Assembly: GCA_963842085.1 (NCBI GenBank)
Contig: CAWJET010000002.1
Coordinates: forward strand, 1,248,001-1,312,000
From: an uncultured delta proteobacterium
GTDB lineage: Bacteria > Desulfobacterota > Binatia > Binatales > Binataceae
Length of the DNA: 64,000 nt
Reading direction: 5' to 3'
Made by a program: the position numbers and the translations under genes. The notes under the pieces are model-generated. The model searched no databases and was not told the DNA's origin. It worked only from the letters and a program-made list of their open reading frames with translations. Below are positions 1 through 10,074 of the stretch, piece after piece; position 1 is the stretch's first letter, and the number at the start of each line of letters is the position of its first letter.

Positions 1-759
1 GCTCCAGACCGTCGAGCGCCGGATAAAGGAAGCCAGGTTTCCCGCGGTCAAGAGTCTCGACAGCTTCGACTTCACCGCCATCCCATCGCTCAACAAGACT
101 CTGGTGCTGGAGCTGGCTCGCTCGGAGTACGTCGCCCGCCGCGAGAACGTCATCGCGCTTGGTAACAGCGGCACCGGCAAGACTCACATCGCGCTGGGGC
201 TCGGACTGGCCGCTTGCCAGAAGGGCCTCGCGGTCGGCTTCACCACCGCAGCGGCGCTGGTCAATGAACTGCACGAAGCGAGGGACGAAAAGCGCCTGCA
301 GCGTCTGCAACGCCAGCTCGCCGGCTTAAAGCTGCTGATCGTCGACTACGTGCCGCTCTCGGCGACCGGCGCCGAGCTGCTGTTCGAGGTCTTCAGCCAA
401 CGCTACGAGCGCGGCTCGATCATCGTCACCAGCAACTTGCCCTTCGATGAGTGGACCGGGGTGTTCGGCTCCGAGCGACTGACCGGCGCGCTGCTCGATC
501 GCCTTACTCATCATGTCCATATCCTCGAGATGAACGGCGACAGCTTCAGGCTCAAACACGGCAGGCGTCAGATCGCTGACGATCCTCAACCGACCGAAGC
601 CGGATAAGACCCCTCCGAGATCGTCGCTCGAACCCGGGAGTTCCTCGAACGGGGGGAAAATCCCCCTCGCACTCCTCCTGCCGGAACTCAAGCCAAGCCC
701 GGCCAGACTGATGCATTTTTGCTCCGGCCTGTTGATGTACTTTTACTCCGGCGTTGACA
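1..759 (+). mobile_element. IS21-family element, right portion (istB plus right end)
   Basis: istB ORF followed by subterminal repeats (gatgcatttttgctccggc / gatgtacttttactccggc) ending in ...GTTGACA at 759, typical of an IS21 end. Confidence 0.85.
2..607 (+). pseudogene. istB: IS21 helper ATPase IstB (5' end outside window; Walker B deletion)
   Basis: RRIKEARFPAVKSLDSFDF, Walker A GNSGTGKT, LLFEVFSQRYERGS, ALLDRLTHH. Walker B reads LLIVDYVP where IstB normally has LLIVDELGYVP. Confidence 0.88.
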
Positions 760-760
760 C

Positions 761-1444
761 TCATTGGAGCAGCGCGCCGCGTACGCTCCGAAGACGCCCG
801 TTGTAAGCCGTTCGCGGCGCCTCAAGCCGTGAAACTGGCGGCAAACGCGTCGTTTTCGAATTATCGCCGTTGATGTCGGTTTTAACTTGCGGCAGAGCCT
901 GTCTTGCCCTGGACTGCCATTTGTTCAGCAAAAGGTACTGCTTTCCTCGGCGAATCAGAAGGTCATTTTCGGCCATTTCTGCGAGAAGGCGGCTGACCAT
1001 CGGCCTCGAGCAGCCGATCATTTCTGCAAGGTCTTCATGCGCAAGTTCCGGAATCAGGATGGTGCCACGCGCGTCTTTGACGCCCGCACGCTCGGCAAGC
1101 TCGCTCAGCACGACTTCCAGGCGTTCTTCGAAGAGAAGATTCAACAGCATCGCAAACCAGCGCAGATTTTGTGACCAGTAAGCATTTAGCGCCCGGAGCG
1201 CTTCGACCATGGCGTTCGCATCGAGGCTCCGCAGAATGCGCGCTATGTGGTCACGACTGACAAGCGCCACCACACATTTGCTCGAGCTTTGCGCTTCGAA
1301 CAGGCGCGCATGGCGACCCTTTGAATCAACATAATCGTCGAATCCAATCAAATCGCCCGGTCCCGCCAGGCGGATCAACGTACGGCTGCCATCGCCAACC
1401 GCACAATAGATCTTGAGATCTTGACGTAACCGGCAAGGACACAC
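761..1444 (-). pseudogene. Crp/Fnr-family transcriptional regulator, N-terminus apparently truncated
   Basis: LIRLAGPGDLIG (cNMP-binding fold) and C-terminal HTH LAHEDLAEMIGCSRPMVSRLL; the first part of the cNMP domain is missing. Confidence 0.75.
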
Positions 1445-1580
1445 GCCAAGAGATCGTCTTTGGAACCTTCCCTACATCTCCCATCCACGAATTTTTCTTG
1501 TTCCGCCGATTTTTCGATCGGCCCTTAATCCATCTTTTTTTCCCGAAAGAGAGGTCTGGGCGAATAATTCATTGTCAACT

Positions 1581-1617
1581 CGATTCCTGTGGATAATTCG
1601 CCGATTCCTGTGGATAG
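1581..1617. repeat. Direct repeat with 21-bp period, each unit containing a DnaA-box-like 9-mer
   Basis: cgattcctgtggata x2; TGTGGATAA (1588-1596) and TGTGGATAG (1609-1617). Confidence 0.5.
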
Positions 1618-1904
1618 CTCCTCGTCGTAGGGAAAATTAACAATTAGGAGTAATTGAAATCTATTAAAGTAACCTAAAAGTCCATGGTGTTGTTTAAGCG
1701 ACGTCAAAATACTGCAAATGTGGACGCTAAGGCAAGTACATCACCAAAGGTGAACCGTGCATCCTAGCAATTCAAACGCTGACTGCTGCTAACCATGACA
1801 TACCACCAAAACGCACGAAGGCGCCCTTACGGACCCGATCCGAGTGGTATTGGCAAAACTTCGAAAGGTCCGCCCCGTAGCGTCGTACGGCGGCGAATAT
1901 CGCG

Positions 1905-2021
1905 GGCGCGGAGCTGATCGAAATTCCTGGCATGGGGCATGACCTGCCGGCCGCGCTCTATTCCAGGATCGTTGACGCGATCGAATCAGTGGCGAAGCGC
2001 GCGCGTGTCGGTGCGTCGTAG
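1905..2021 (+). pseudogene. Alpha/beta hydrolase 3' fragment (copy 1)
   Basis: Translates ELIEIPGMGHDLPAALYSRIVDAIESVAKRARVGAS*; GMGHD is the catalytic His motif. Confidence 0.7.
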
Positions 2022-2157
2022 GCGATGCCGAAGCGGGTGCGGAATACTTCCAGTGTACGGATCTCGCACGAATACTGTCACCGGCAACTCCCTTGACCTC
2101 AGTTGATCCTTTTACCGAGGATCGTTGGGGCGGTAAACGGTTACCAGATTCGAAGAG

Positions 2158-2544
2158 TTAACGCGACACGGCAGCCGTGTCGCCCGAATTTCCTGGGGTC
2201 GAGTGCTGGGCGCAGGACCAGCCTGTCACCTGCGAGGCTTTGTCGGGTGTTAGGTTAGGGTCGTCGTAAACAAGGTCTATCAGCCCCCAGAGCAAAACCT
2301 TGAGGTCGTCATCGAGTCCGTCGTTGTGCCGGACGATTTCCATTTCGCGCAAACGCGGAATGCCCTCGTCGCGCGCCTCTGCCGCCTGCCTGGCTACCTG
2401 ACTTAACAGCCCGCAAAAGGCGGGATCAACAGCGCAGGCTGGAGTTGTGGCGGCCAGCACGCAGAGCGCGGCAATGGCTATAGCCTTAAACCTTCGCGCG
2501 CTCATGATAATTTCCAATTCGTTAGCGCTCCGAAGTGTCCTCAC
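2158..2544 (-). CDS. Hypothetical secreted protein (paralog family with 55480-55919)
   Basis: Signal-peptide-like N-terminus (RRFKAIAIAALCVLAATTPACA), helical body with two Cys. Confidence 0.6.
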   Translation of the reverse strand: MRTLRSANELEIIMSARRFKAIAIAALCVLAATTPACAVDPAFCGLLSQVARQAAEARDEGIPRLREMEIVRHNDGLDDDLKVLLWGLIDLVYDDPNLTPDKASQVTGWSCAQHSTPGNSGDTAAVSR

Positions 2545-2908
2545 ATTTTGGCAGCGCGTCGCTTCCGATTATAGACGGGCGCGCGGCTGGAAGGCGCATG
2601 GCGAGCTCAGCACAAAGCTTGAGACCGACCCGGACTGGCGCACGCTTGTCGCGTAGGTAACCTCGAGTGACAAGCCCTCTGCGGATCTGGTTTCATCGGC
2701 GGTCTACGCCGAGATCCCGCTCGGCTGAACGAATACCGCCGGAGGACAGTGCCCACGGGAAAGCACTGTCCTAAAAGGGCAACTGAGTGTCATAAGTGCC
2801 GGGCGCGAGTGTCCTAAGGTTGATCGATATACGCAGGTGGGAGCAAATTTGCTACAAGGTGGCGCTGGCCGGGTTTGCCGCCTTTCCGTCCGCGCCGGGC
2901 TGGCGTCC

Positions 2909-3139
2909 TTATGTGCGTCGGAAGTTTTTTTTCCCTTGTTCCTCGGCCATCCACTTTTCGATTGCACCTCTCGCGAACCGGTACAAGGAGCCGACCCTGA
3001 AACCGGGAATTTGACCATCGCGAGCCAGCTTTTCGAGTGTCCTCTGATGAATGCCGAAATACTGAGCTACTTCGGTAGCCGTCATGATCTGGCCGAGGCC
3101 AGCAACGCGACGGGGCTTCATTTCCGGTCTTTCTGTCAA
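2909..3139 (-). CDS. Excisionase-like (HTH_17) DNA-binding protein
   Basis: IMTATEVAQYFGIHQRTLEKLARDGQIPGFRVGSLYRF is a classic Xis/HTH_17 pattern. Confidence 0.85.
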   Translation of the reverse strand: MTERPEMKPRRVAGLGQIMTATEVAQYFGIHQRTLEKLARDGQIPGFRVGSLYRFARGAIEKWMAEEQGKKNFRRT

Positions 3140-3902
3140 CGTTTGCTGCCGCTCTGACCTATTATAGTGCTTGGATTATAGTGGTTGGACGACGCAATTC
3201 ATCTCATCTATTGGAGTCAGTTATGGCGTATATCGGCCAAGAGTTAAAACCCGGTGATGTTGTGGAAACTGCAGAAATCTACGAAGTCGAGCACCGATCG
3301 AAAGCACGAACAGAAGGCTTGATTGACAAAGGAATTCGAGGCGGCCGAGATGATCGAACCGCCGCACCGCGGGACTGGAGCCGAGGATCACAGGAGAGCT
3401 AAAGTCGTTTTTCGGACGAATTCTACTTGGCCGCATCTGCGGGACGCGACGTGCCGAAACGCTGAAGAGGGGCTCCTAGCTTGCCCCCAAACTGCCCGTC
3501 TTGCCCCGACGAAGTTCCCCGGTGCCACGTCTCGCGATCCTTTTGGCTGCAGCGCTCATGGCACGCATGTTCGGCAACGCCGACCACACAAGCACGACCA
3601 CAGTGAGTGTGACGAGATTTGCGAGTATCAGGGCGGTGATCCCCACGGTTACCCCATTGTCGTCGGATTTGAGTTCATTCTACATTTAGTAGAGTAACGC
3701 TACACACCATCCAAGTCCAGCGGTGAGAGGCCCATGGGCTTCAAATGACGCGTGCGGAAGTGGACATGCGGCGTGGTCCGGGACGAAGATCGGCTTGTCG
3801 GCACCGAATCAAAACTAATCCGGGGCGCGCTGACTCGCCACTCAATGAAGCGTGAAAGCCAGTTTCGGTTTCACTCACTCTTTTTCCGGCGGGGTCAGCC
3901 GA

Positions 3903-4292
3903 TCAACTCGCTGAGCGTTCGACGAATTCCAGGCGATTGCCCCAGGGGTCGCGCACGAAGAACCGCTCCTGGCCGGGAAATCGGTTGCCCGCGATTGTTT
4001 CGACGCCGGCTGTTTCGAGGCGATTGCGAAGCGCTTCAAGATTGGGGACGCGAAAGGCCGGGTGACGGCGCGACGCCTTGTTGACCACCGACGCGTCTTT
4101 CTCTGTGGTCAAGTGGAGCTGCTGCACACCACATCGGTACCATGCGCCGGGGCTGCCGCTGTCGGTGTTGGCGGGACGCTCGAGCGGCTCGAGGCCAAGC
4201 AGCTCCTGGTAGAATGCGCGCGCCTTCGAGAGCGCGTCGGCGCTGGTATCGATCAGAAGATTTACGTGATCGAGTCCGATAATCAGGTCCAT
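3903..4292 (-). CDS. VOC/glyoxalase family protein
   Basis: GLDHVNL...ARAFYQELLGL...HPAFRV...RFFVRDPWGNRLEF; GAGG RBS upstream of ATG 4292. Confidence 0.9.
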   Translation of the reverse strand: MDLIIGLDHVNLLIDTSADALSKARAFYQELLGLEPLERPANTDSGSPGAWYRCGVQQLHLTTEKDASVVNKASRRHPAFRVPNLEALRNRLETAGVETIAGNRFPGQERFFVRDPWGNRLEFVERSAS

Positions 4293-4400
4293 CGGCATCC
4301 TCTTCGCATTCACCCGGTCGAGTAGAGTTTTTTCCAGCGAGCGTTCCGAGTCAATCGCCTTAAGCGTTCGCGACCAGCGTGGTATATCGTTGCGACATCC

Positions 4401-6386
4401 GTGAATTTTCGGTGGCTTCAAAAGCTCGCGACCGCTGCCTCGGTAATTGCCGCGATTTACCTGCTCTCGATCCTCGTGACGGGCGGCTATGCGGTGAATT
4501 TCGCAGGCGCCAGGTTCGACGCCAACAAGCTATGGCCCGCGATCGTCGCGACACTCGGATTCGCGCTGCTGCACACGGTCTTTCGAAACGGCTCGATCGA
4601 AGGCGCGTGTAAATCAAGCCCGGGATTCATAATTTTCTCGGTTGCGCTGATCGTATTTCTGGCCAACGGCCGTACGATTTCCGGCGGCGATTCGGTGCCC
4701 GCGAAAAACCTGCCGCTCAGCATCCTTGGCCACGGACACTTCTACCTCGATCAACTGGTAACCCCCGGCGAGAAAAAGATCCCCTACTATCTGCGTGAGA
4801 GTGGCGGGCATTACGTGTCCGACTATCCGGTCGGCGCCGCGCTGATAGCGTTGCCATTCTATGCGCCCTCGATCGTATGCGGCGTCAGCCCGAGCAGCCG
4901 GATTTTCTCCGAGCTCGAGAAAGTTTCGGCGGCGACGATCGTGGCGCTCTCGGTCCTGCTGCTCTACATGGCCGCCGCGCGCGTGACCGCCGACTGGATG
5001 GCGATGTTGCTGACGTTGGTCTATGCGTTTGGGACCACCAGCCTCAGCGTGAGCAGCCAGGCGTTATGGCAGCACGGACCGGCCCAACTCGCGCTCACCG
5101 CGGCGATCTATTGCCTGGTGCGCGCCCGCGACGAGTCGCGCTGGGCGGGATACGCTGGGCTGCCGCTCGCATTCGAGGTGATCACGCGTCCAGCCGACGT
5201 ATTAATCGCTGCGCCGCTCGGCTTGTATGTGCTCGTAAGCTATCGGCGCGAGATTTGGACATTCGCCGCAACCGCAATTGCCCCCGTTCTTTTTCAAGTG
5301 TGGTACAACGCCACTTACTTCGGCACGCCGTTTCGAAGCCAATTTTTCACACAGGCGGCTTCGGTGGGTGGCCAGCGCGTGCCGTCCGCCGGATTCTGGG
5401 CGACTCCCCTCGCGCGCGGACTGGCCGTGGTTGTACTGAGTCCCGGTCGCGGACTGCTCTTCTACTCTCCGATCTTCATTCTCTCGTTCGCGGGATTGGC
5501 GCTCGCGTGGCGCAAGAATGGCGAGGTTCTTCTGCGCTACTTGGGTATCTGCGCGATTCTGAGCATATTGCTCGTCGCGAAATGGCATAAGTCCTCCGGC
5601 GGCGAGTCTTTCGGCCCGCGCCTGCTCGCGGATGTCACGCCGATAATGGCGTTTGCCCTGATCCCCCTCGCAGACTGCCTCCGCAATCGCCGCGCGCTCG
5701 TGGTCGTGTTCGCTGTGCTGGGCGTATGGTCGATCGCCGCCAACGCGTCCGGCGCGTTCATCAGCTATCGAGCATGGAACAACTGGACCCTCGGCGATCC
5801 GGACACTCGGTTGTGGCTGTGGGGCGACAATCCGGTCGTCGATCCGATGCGTTCGACCTTCGACTCGATGAGAATCGCGCTGGAACATCGCGCGACGAGC
5901 CGCAACTCTCCAGACACGCTCGACGCCCTGCTGGTCACGCTGAGCGCGCCTCCGCCCGAGGCCGCGCCGGGAGCGCGCGTCCATGTCTCGATCCGTGCGA
6001 CCAACACCGGCAAAGCGGTGTGGCTCACCGGACATTCACCGGATGAACGTGGGGTGGTCAGTTTGGGATGGGAGTGGAAGCGCGACGGTAAAGAGATCGC
6101 TGACAGTGAAGTCCGGCGCGAGCTTCACCTGAATGTCTTTCCCGGCGATTCGATGGAGCTTGAAGCGTCCGCGATCACGCCTGATGCGCCGGGGCGTTAT
6201 GAACTGGAAATTTCGCTCGCGGTCCAAACCGCGGGACAGATCGCGCGACCGATAGGAACGCCGCTAGCGGTCGCGGTAACAGTGGCGCCATCAATCAACT
6301 CGACGCGATTCTACTTTCCCGGGTTCGTATCGAAATGCACCCAAAAATCGGTGCCCCGAACCGCTCCGACGGCGTTGGGTGTGTGA
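4401..6386 (+). CDS. Multi-pass GT-C type (PMT/ArnT-like) glycosyltransferase with C-terminal Ig-like domain
   Basis: Many TM segments with YVSDYPVG, SQALWQHG, LSPGRGLLFYSP and FGPRLL motifs; C-terminal ATNTGKAVW...APGRYELEISL beta-sandwich. Confidence 0.75.
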   Translation: MNFRWLQKLATAASVIAAIYLLSILVTGGYAVNFAGARFDANKLWPAIVATLGFALLHTVFRNGSIEGACKSSPGFIIFSVALIVFLANGRTISGGDSVPAKNLPLSILGHGHFYLDQLVTPGEKKIPYYLRESGGHYVSDYPVGAALIALPFYAPSIVCGVSPSSRIFSELEKVSAATIVALSVLLLYMAAARVTADWMAMLLTLVYAFGTTSLSVSSQALWQHGPAQLALTAAIYCLVRARDESRWAGYAGLPLAFEVITRPADVLIAAPLGLYVLVSYRREIWTFAATAIAPVLFQVWYNATYFGTPFRSQFFTQAASVGGQRVPSAGFWATPLARGLAVVVLSPGRGLLFYSPIFILSFAGLALAWRKNGEVLLRYLGICAILSILLVAKWHKSSGGESFGPRLLADVTPIMAFALIPLADCLRNRRALVVVFAVLGVWSIAANASGAFISYRAWNNWTLGDPDTRLWLWGDNPVVDPMRSTFDSMRIALEHRATSRNSPDTLDALLVTLSAPPPEAAPGARVHVSIRATNTGKAVWLTGHSPDERGVVSLGWEWKRDGKEIADSEVRRELHLNVFPGDSMELEASAITPDAPGRYELEISLAVQTAGQIARPIGTPLAVAVTVAPSINSTRFYFPGFVSKCTQKSVPRTAPTALGV

Positions 6387-6787
6387 ACTTCAAATGAACT
6401 GCTGCGCATCGCTCCGAGTATTACGGAGTGCAGATCGCCGGCCAACAGTCCGACCTTGGTCGGTGCGCCGACCCCGTTCACCAAGACGCTCTCATCTATG
6501 GTCAGCGTTGACGATGCGGTCAATTGCATAAAACTTTTATCGACCAGGCCGATCGTCAGCGACGAGTTCGGCCCCGTCATGATCTTATCGTGCAGCATGA
6601 TCAGCTCATTCATCTTCGCCGGCGTCGTCGCGCCATTGCGCTCGATGTTCGCCACACCTTGAAGTTGCGTGATCGTGCCGACGGTGTTTTGCGCGTGCGC
6701 GGCCGGGACCGCCGCCACTAACGTCAGCATCACCAGCGCGAAGAGCGCCGCCGTTCGAAAGAAACTCATCAGAATTTCCGTTTTCAA
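6311..6787 (-). CDS. Secreted FecR-domain protein
   Basis: Signal peptide (AAHA), then VGTITQLQG...IMTGPNS...FEVHTPNAVGAVRGTDF FecR signature. Confidence 0.85.
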   Translation of the reverse strand: MKTEILMSFFRTAALFALVMLTLVAAVPAAHAQNTVGTITQLQGVANIERNGATTPAKMNELIMLHDKIMTGPNSSLTIGLVDKSFMQLTASSTLTIDESVLVNGVGAPTKVGLLAGDLHSVILGAMRSSSFEVHTPNAVGAVRGTDFWVHFDTNPGK

Positions 6788-7070
6788 TGGTCAGCCTGTT
6801 AGCACCGACAACGTGCGTTCAGCAAACTCTAGTCTACAGGCTTTCCAGCAGGCTAAAAAGGGCTGTGGTCACGAAAAATTCTACGTACGCCGGCCAAAAG
6901 CAGCCAGTCGCCATGTACCGCTGCAAATTCAACCTGTCAGGGTATCACCTCTGCTGGGAATATCAGATCATCTCGACTGGCGCGAGGTTGAGTTCCGCGC
7001 CACTCGCCTAATTCACCAGTCCGAAACGCCGAATTTTCTGACCTAACCGATTGTCAAATGTAGCGAACGT

Positions 7071-7140
7071 TCACGTGCGACCCGCGGAAGCTAGGTGCAG
7101 GGCGTCGGCAAAGTCCATTCCCTTCGCGTGCCCCGGGGAC
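7071..7140 (-). pseudogene. PIN/VapC toxin internal fragment
   Basis: GMDFADALHLAS motif. Confidence 0.55.
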
Positions 7141-7201
7141 GGGTTGGGCGGCTCCGGCGGTTTTCTCGCCTCAATGCTCCTGCTCAGCGTCGGTACAACT
7201 C

Positions 7202-7252
7202 GTGTGTGTGGCGAATTGCCGATTCTGGGAAAATCAGTAATTCGCCACACAC
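7202..7252. repeat. ~50-bp palindromic element (copy 1)
   Basis: gtgtgtggcgaattgccgattctgggaaaatcagtaattcgccacacac; near-identical copy at ~59330 and a half copy at ~49901. Confidence 0.8.
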
Positions 7253-7350
7253 GGCACGAATTTCGATGTTTAGCGTGCGCCAGCACGTTTTTGCGTGTAG
7301 AATATTGCTGCTTGGTGTAGGCTCTGCTATTTCAAAAGAGGGAGACGACT

Positions 7351-8445
7351 ACGAGATATCAGACGACAGCGGCAGCGTTTGCGGCTTGTATGTTGGCGAT
7401 CGGCACCGCGTCGATACCGGCCGGTGCAGTCATCGACTGCATTCAACAATCCACGGTGACTCGCCCGATTGAGCTTGGCGTTTCGGGCGGAAACATCAAC
7501 TCGTTCATCCAGAGCAATCAAGGGGAATTCTGCTCCAGCGGCACACTGGGGTCGATGGTTCAGGATCAGAGCACGAACAAATTCATCCTCAGCAATAATC
7601 ATGTGCTGGCCGATATCAACCTGGCGACGCCCGGCCAGCTCATCGTACAACCCGGCTTGGCGGACACAGCCTGCGACGAGATTCCGAGTGATGCGGTTGC
7701 AACCTTCAGCCGCACCGTCAATATCAATTTCGGCGGCAAGAACACCATCGACGCAGCCATCGCGGCCGTAAATGCAGGAGATGTGAGCGCCGACATCCTC
7801 AATATCGGGCCAATCGCCAGCTCGGCGGCGACGCCAACGATCGGGCTGGCTGTCCAGAAAATGGGCCGCACGACTTGCTTGACGACCGGAAGGATTACGG
7901 CGGTCCGAGTCAAAGCCAAGATAAGCTACTACACCGGTGGCAAGACAAAACAAGCGAAATTCGTCGACCAGATTTTGATTAGCGTGCCGAACTTTAGCGG
8001 AGCTGGCGACTCTGGGTCGCTGATCGTAACCCAAGACAGTTGCCCTCAGGCGGTCGCCCTCCTTTTCGCTGGCTCCTCGGACCAGTCCCAAACGCTGGCC
8101 AACCCGATTTCGGCCGTTCTGAGCGGTCTGAACGTTTCGATGGTGGGCGGTTGCACTTCTGCGGCAGCGCCCGAGACGCCGCAAACTGATCTCGAAGCCG
8201 ATAACGTGGGCATGTCAAAGGAAGTCGCCGAAGCAGCCACCGCGGTTCGCGACCGGCACGAGAACGAACTGATGAGCATCGCCGGCGCCGTCGGCACCGG
8301 AATCGGGATTGGCGATCAACCCGGTCAAGCCGCGATCGAAGTCTACGTCAGGAAGCTGAGGCCGCAGGAGCAAGCCGCCTTGCCGAAAGAGGTCGAAGGG
8401 ATACCAGTCAAGCTAATCGAGAACGGCGGATTCGTCGCTTACTGA
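7351..8445 (+). CDS. Secreted trypsin-like (Nal1-like) serine protease
   Basis: GVSGG, GTLG, triad SNNHV / TIDAA / GDSGS. First ATG is 7390; an in-frame ACG at 7351 after GGAG would restore a full signal peptide. Confidence 0.85.
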   Translation, partial: TRYQTTAAAFAACMLAIGTASIPAGAVIDCIQQSTVTRPIELGVSGGNINSFIQSNQGEFCSSGTLGSMVQDQSTNKFILSNNHVLADINLATPGQLIVQPGLADTACDEIPSDAVATFSRTVNINFGGKNTIDAAIAAVNAGDVSADILNIGPIASSAATPTIGLAVQKMGRTTCLTTGRITAVRVKAKISYYTGGKTKQAKFVDQILISVPNFSGAGDSGSLIVTQDSCPQAVALLFAGSSDQSQTLANPISAVLSGLNVSMVGGCTSAAAPETPQTDLEADNVGMSKEVAEAATAVRDRHENELMSIAGAVGTGIGIGDQPGQAAIEVYVRKLRPQEQAALPKEVEGIPVKLIENGGFVAY

Positions 8446-8763
8446 ACGCCGCCCCCCGAGCGGACGGCTCGCTCTACTCCTGCCGTCTGCCTCCTAGACG
8501 GCAAGAATTCACTTGCTCAGGCGAATGCTGCGGAAAGTTCGAGAGCTAAAGACGCATTCGCGCGGAATACGAGACACCTCCAATGGTTCGGAGCGGCGAT
8601 TGTGAAGCGGCTGAGAACGCTGCGAGACCGGCCAAACGATGTGACCGTGCGGACGTTTGAGAGCCATCGCGATGACCGAGAGCAGAGCGTTCGGTCTGCT
8701 GAAGAAACGGGTCTACTGATCATTGCCCCGATTCAACATCATTTTTACGCGGCGCCAGTGACT

Positions 8764-9489
8764 TCATTGACCGATCCGGGTTCCGAGGAAAAGACGCCTG
8801 AACTGGCCAAGCATGCTACTTTCTGCATCCCTCGCTGAATGCCACTCAGGCAGTTTCATCAGAGCCTCGCGGCGAATACGGTCGAGCATTTCGGTAATGC
8901 CCGGTGACGGTTCGGTTCTCTCGTACTGGACATCGAGTCGCTCGGACGGAACGGTTGTTTGTGGGTCCGCGAGTTTTCTGGCTGCGCGAATTTCGCGCAG
9001 AATGGACAGCAGGTCCTGCTTGCAAGTCAAAGATCCCAGCATAGATACGTGGGACAGCGCTCGCAGCTCCCCAGGAGTCACCTGGAGGCGCTCGAGCATT
9101 TCACGGTCGGCGCAAAATTCTTCGATGATTTCGTGCTCCGTTTTTGAAGCTTCGACCTGGTAGTCGGAGAACTCCGGATTCCAAGCGCCTTGGAATGCCG
9201 AGATTTGCTCCGGCTCTTGCTCGTCGATACCTGAACCCGGCCCTGTCGAAGCCTCGAGAAAGGTCCCCGGCACGGGTGACTCCGACGACATGGTTGAAAA
9301 AACGTTGCCACCGACAAGCTCGAACGTCTGCTCGCAACCTTCCTGCAATTGAGCGGGTCGTTGTTCTTCTGCTGCTGGCGACGAGCAAGTCGGCGGCGCC
9401 CCTTTCGTTTTGAGAGAATCGAAAGCATCCAGAAAGTCACGGACTAATCGTTTCGCGTCGACAGGCACTGCCAATTTCGGTTCGTTCAT
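8764..9489 (-). CDS. Hypothetical protein B (copy 1; ATG 9527 out of frame, in-frame ATGs at 9501/9489)
   Basis: Paralog of 12231-12992; conserved core HEIIEEFCAD..LERL.VT.GELRALSH.SMLGSLT.KQD.L..LR.IR. Confidence 0.7.
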   Translation of the reverse strand: MNEPKLAVPVDAKRLVRDFLDAFDSLKTKGAPPTCSSPAAEEQRPAQLQEGCEQTFELVGGNVFSTMSSESPVPGTFLEASTGPGSGIDEQEPEQISAFQGAWNPEFSDYQVEASKTEHEIIEEFCADREMLERLQVTPGELRALSHVSMLGSLTCKQDLLSILREIRAARKLADPQTTVPSERLDVQYERTEPSPGITEMLDRIRREALMKLPEWHSARDAESSMLGQFRRLFLGTRIGQ

Positions 9490-9535
9490 GCTCGTGTGCA
9501 TTAATCCTGCGTCTGAGTTTTCTGCATGTTTGAAG

Positions 9536-9994
9536 CTACTGGGGCAAACCCTCGGAGCCTCCAAAACTCTGCGCCAGTTCTGAGAATTCTCTGCGAAGAG
9601 TCTTGGCCGGCTCAAACGCAGTAACGAGATGCGTGAGTCGATCCTGAAGCGCAGCCGCCGGTTCGAGCGCTGCCGCGAGTTGGTTCAAACTTTCGCCGAA
9701 TGATACCGAAAGCTGATTGAGCTCCTGATCCAAACCTTCCAGGGGCGAGAATTGTTTCAGCACCTGTCGAAGCTGGTTCTGGAAATTGCGCATGGGCTCA
9801 AGCACCTTGGCGAGTTCCTTGATCTGCACCTCGAACTGGCGGAGGGGCTCAAATACATTTGCCAGTTCGGAAAGTTGGTGCATCGGTTCCAGGATGAACG
9901 CAATCTGAGCGAGCTGCTCCTGCAGCGGCTTGACCTGTTCAAAAACCGTCGACACCGCGAAAGCCGGCTGAAACGAACCCTGCTGATTTGACAT
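9536..9994 (-). CDS. Hypothetical protein A with proline-punctuated amphipathic helical repeats (copy 1)
   Basis: GGAGG RBS then MSNQQGSF; repeated (F/L)EP(L/M/A) units; near-identical paralog at 13001-13462. Confidence 0.8.
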   Translation of the reverse strand: MSNQQGSFQPAFAVSTVFEQVKPLQEQLAQIAFILEPMHQLSELANVFEPLRQFEVQIKELAKVLEPMRNFQNQLRQVLKQFSPLEGLDQELNQLSVSFGESLNQLAAALEPAAALQDRLTHLVTAFEPAKTLRREFSELAQSFGGSEGLPQ

Positions 9995-10059
9995 CTTCTT
10001 CGATCCTCCCATTAAGCTGCGATTACATTATATGTAAGGCCGTTTTTTACAGTGATGAT

Positions 10060-10074
10060 GCACCGTGCGTGCCA
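10060..10074 (-). promoter_or_regulatory. Sigma54 -24/-12 promoter
   Basis: Minus strand TGGCACG-CACG-GTGC with correct GG/GC spacing, ~65 bp upstream of gene A; conserved in copy 2. Confidence 0.7.

Noticed and set aside
3222-3440. YjzC-like small protein
   Set aside because: Only the first ~25 aa (GQELKPGDVV...IYEVEH) resemble it; too degenerate to call
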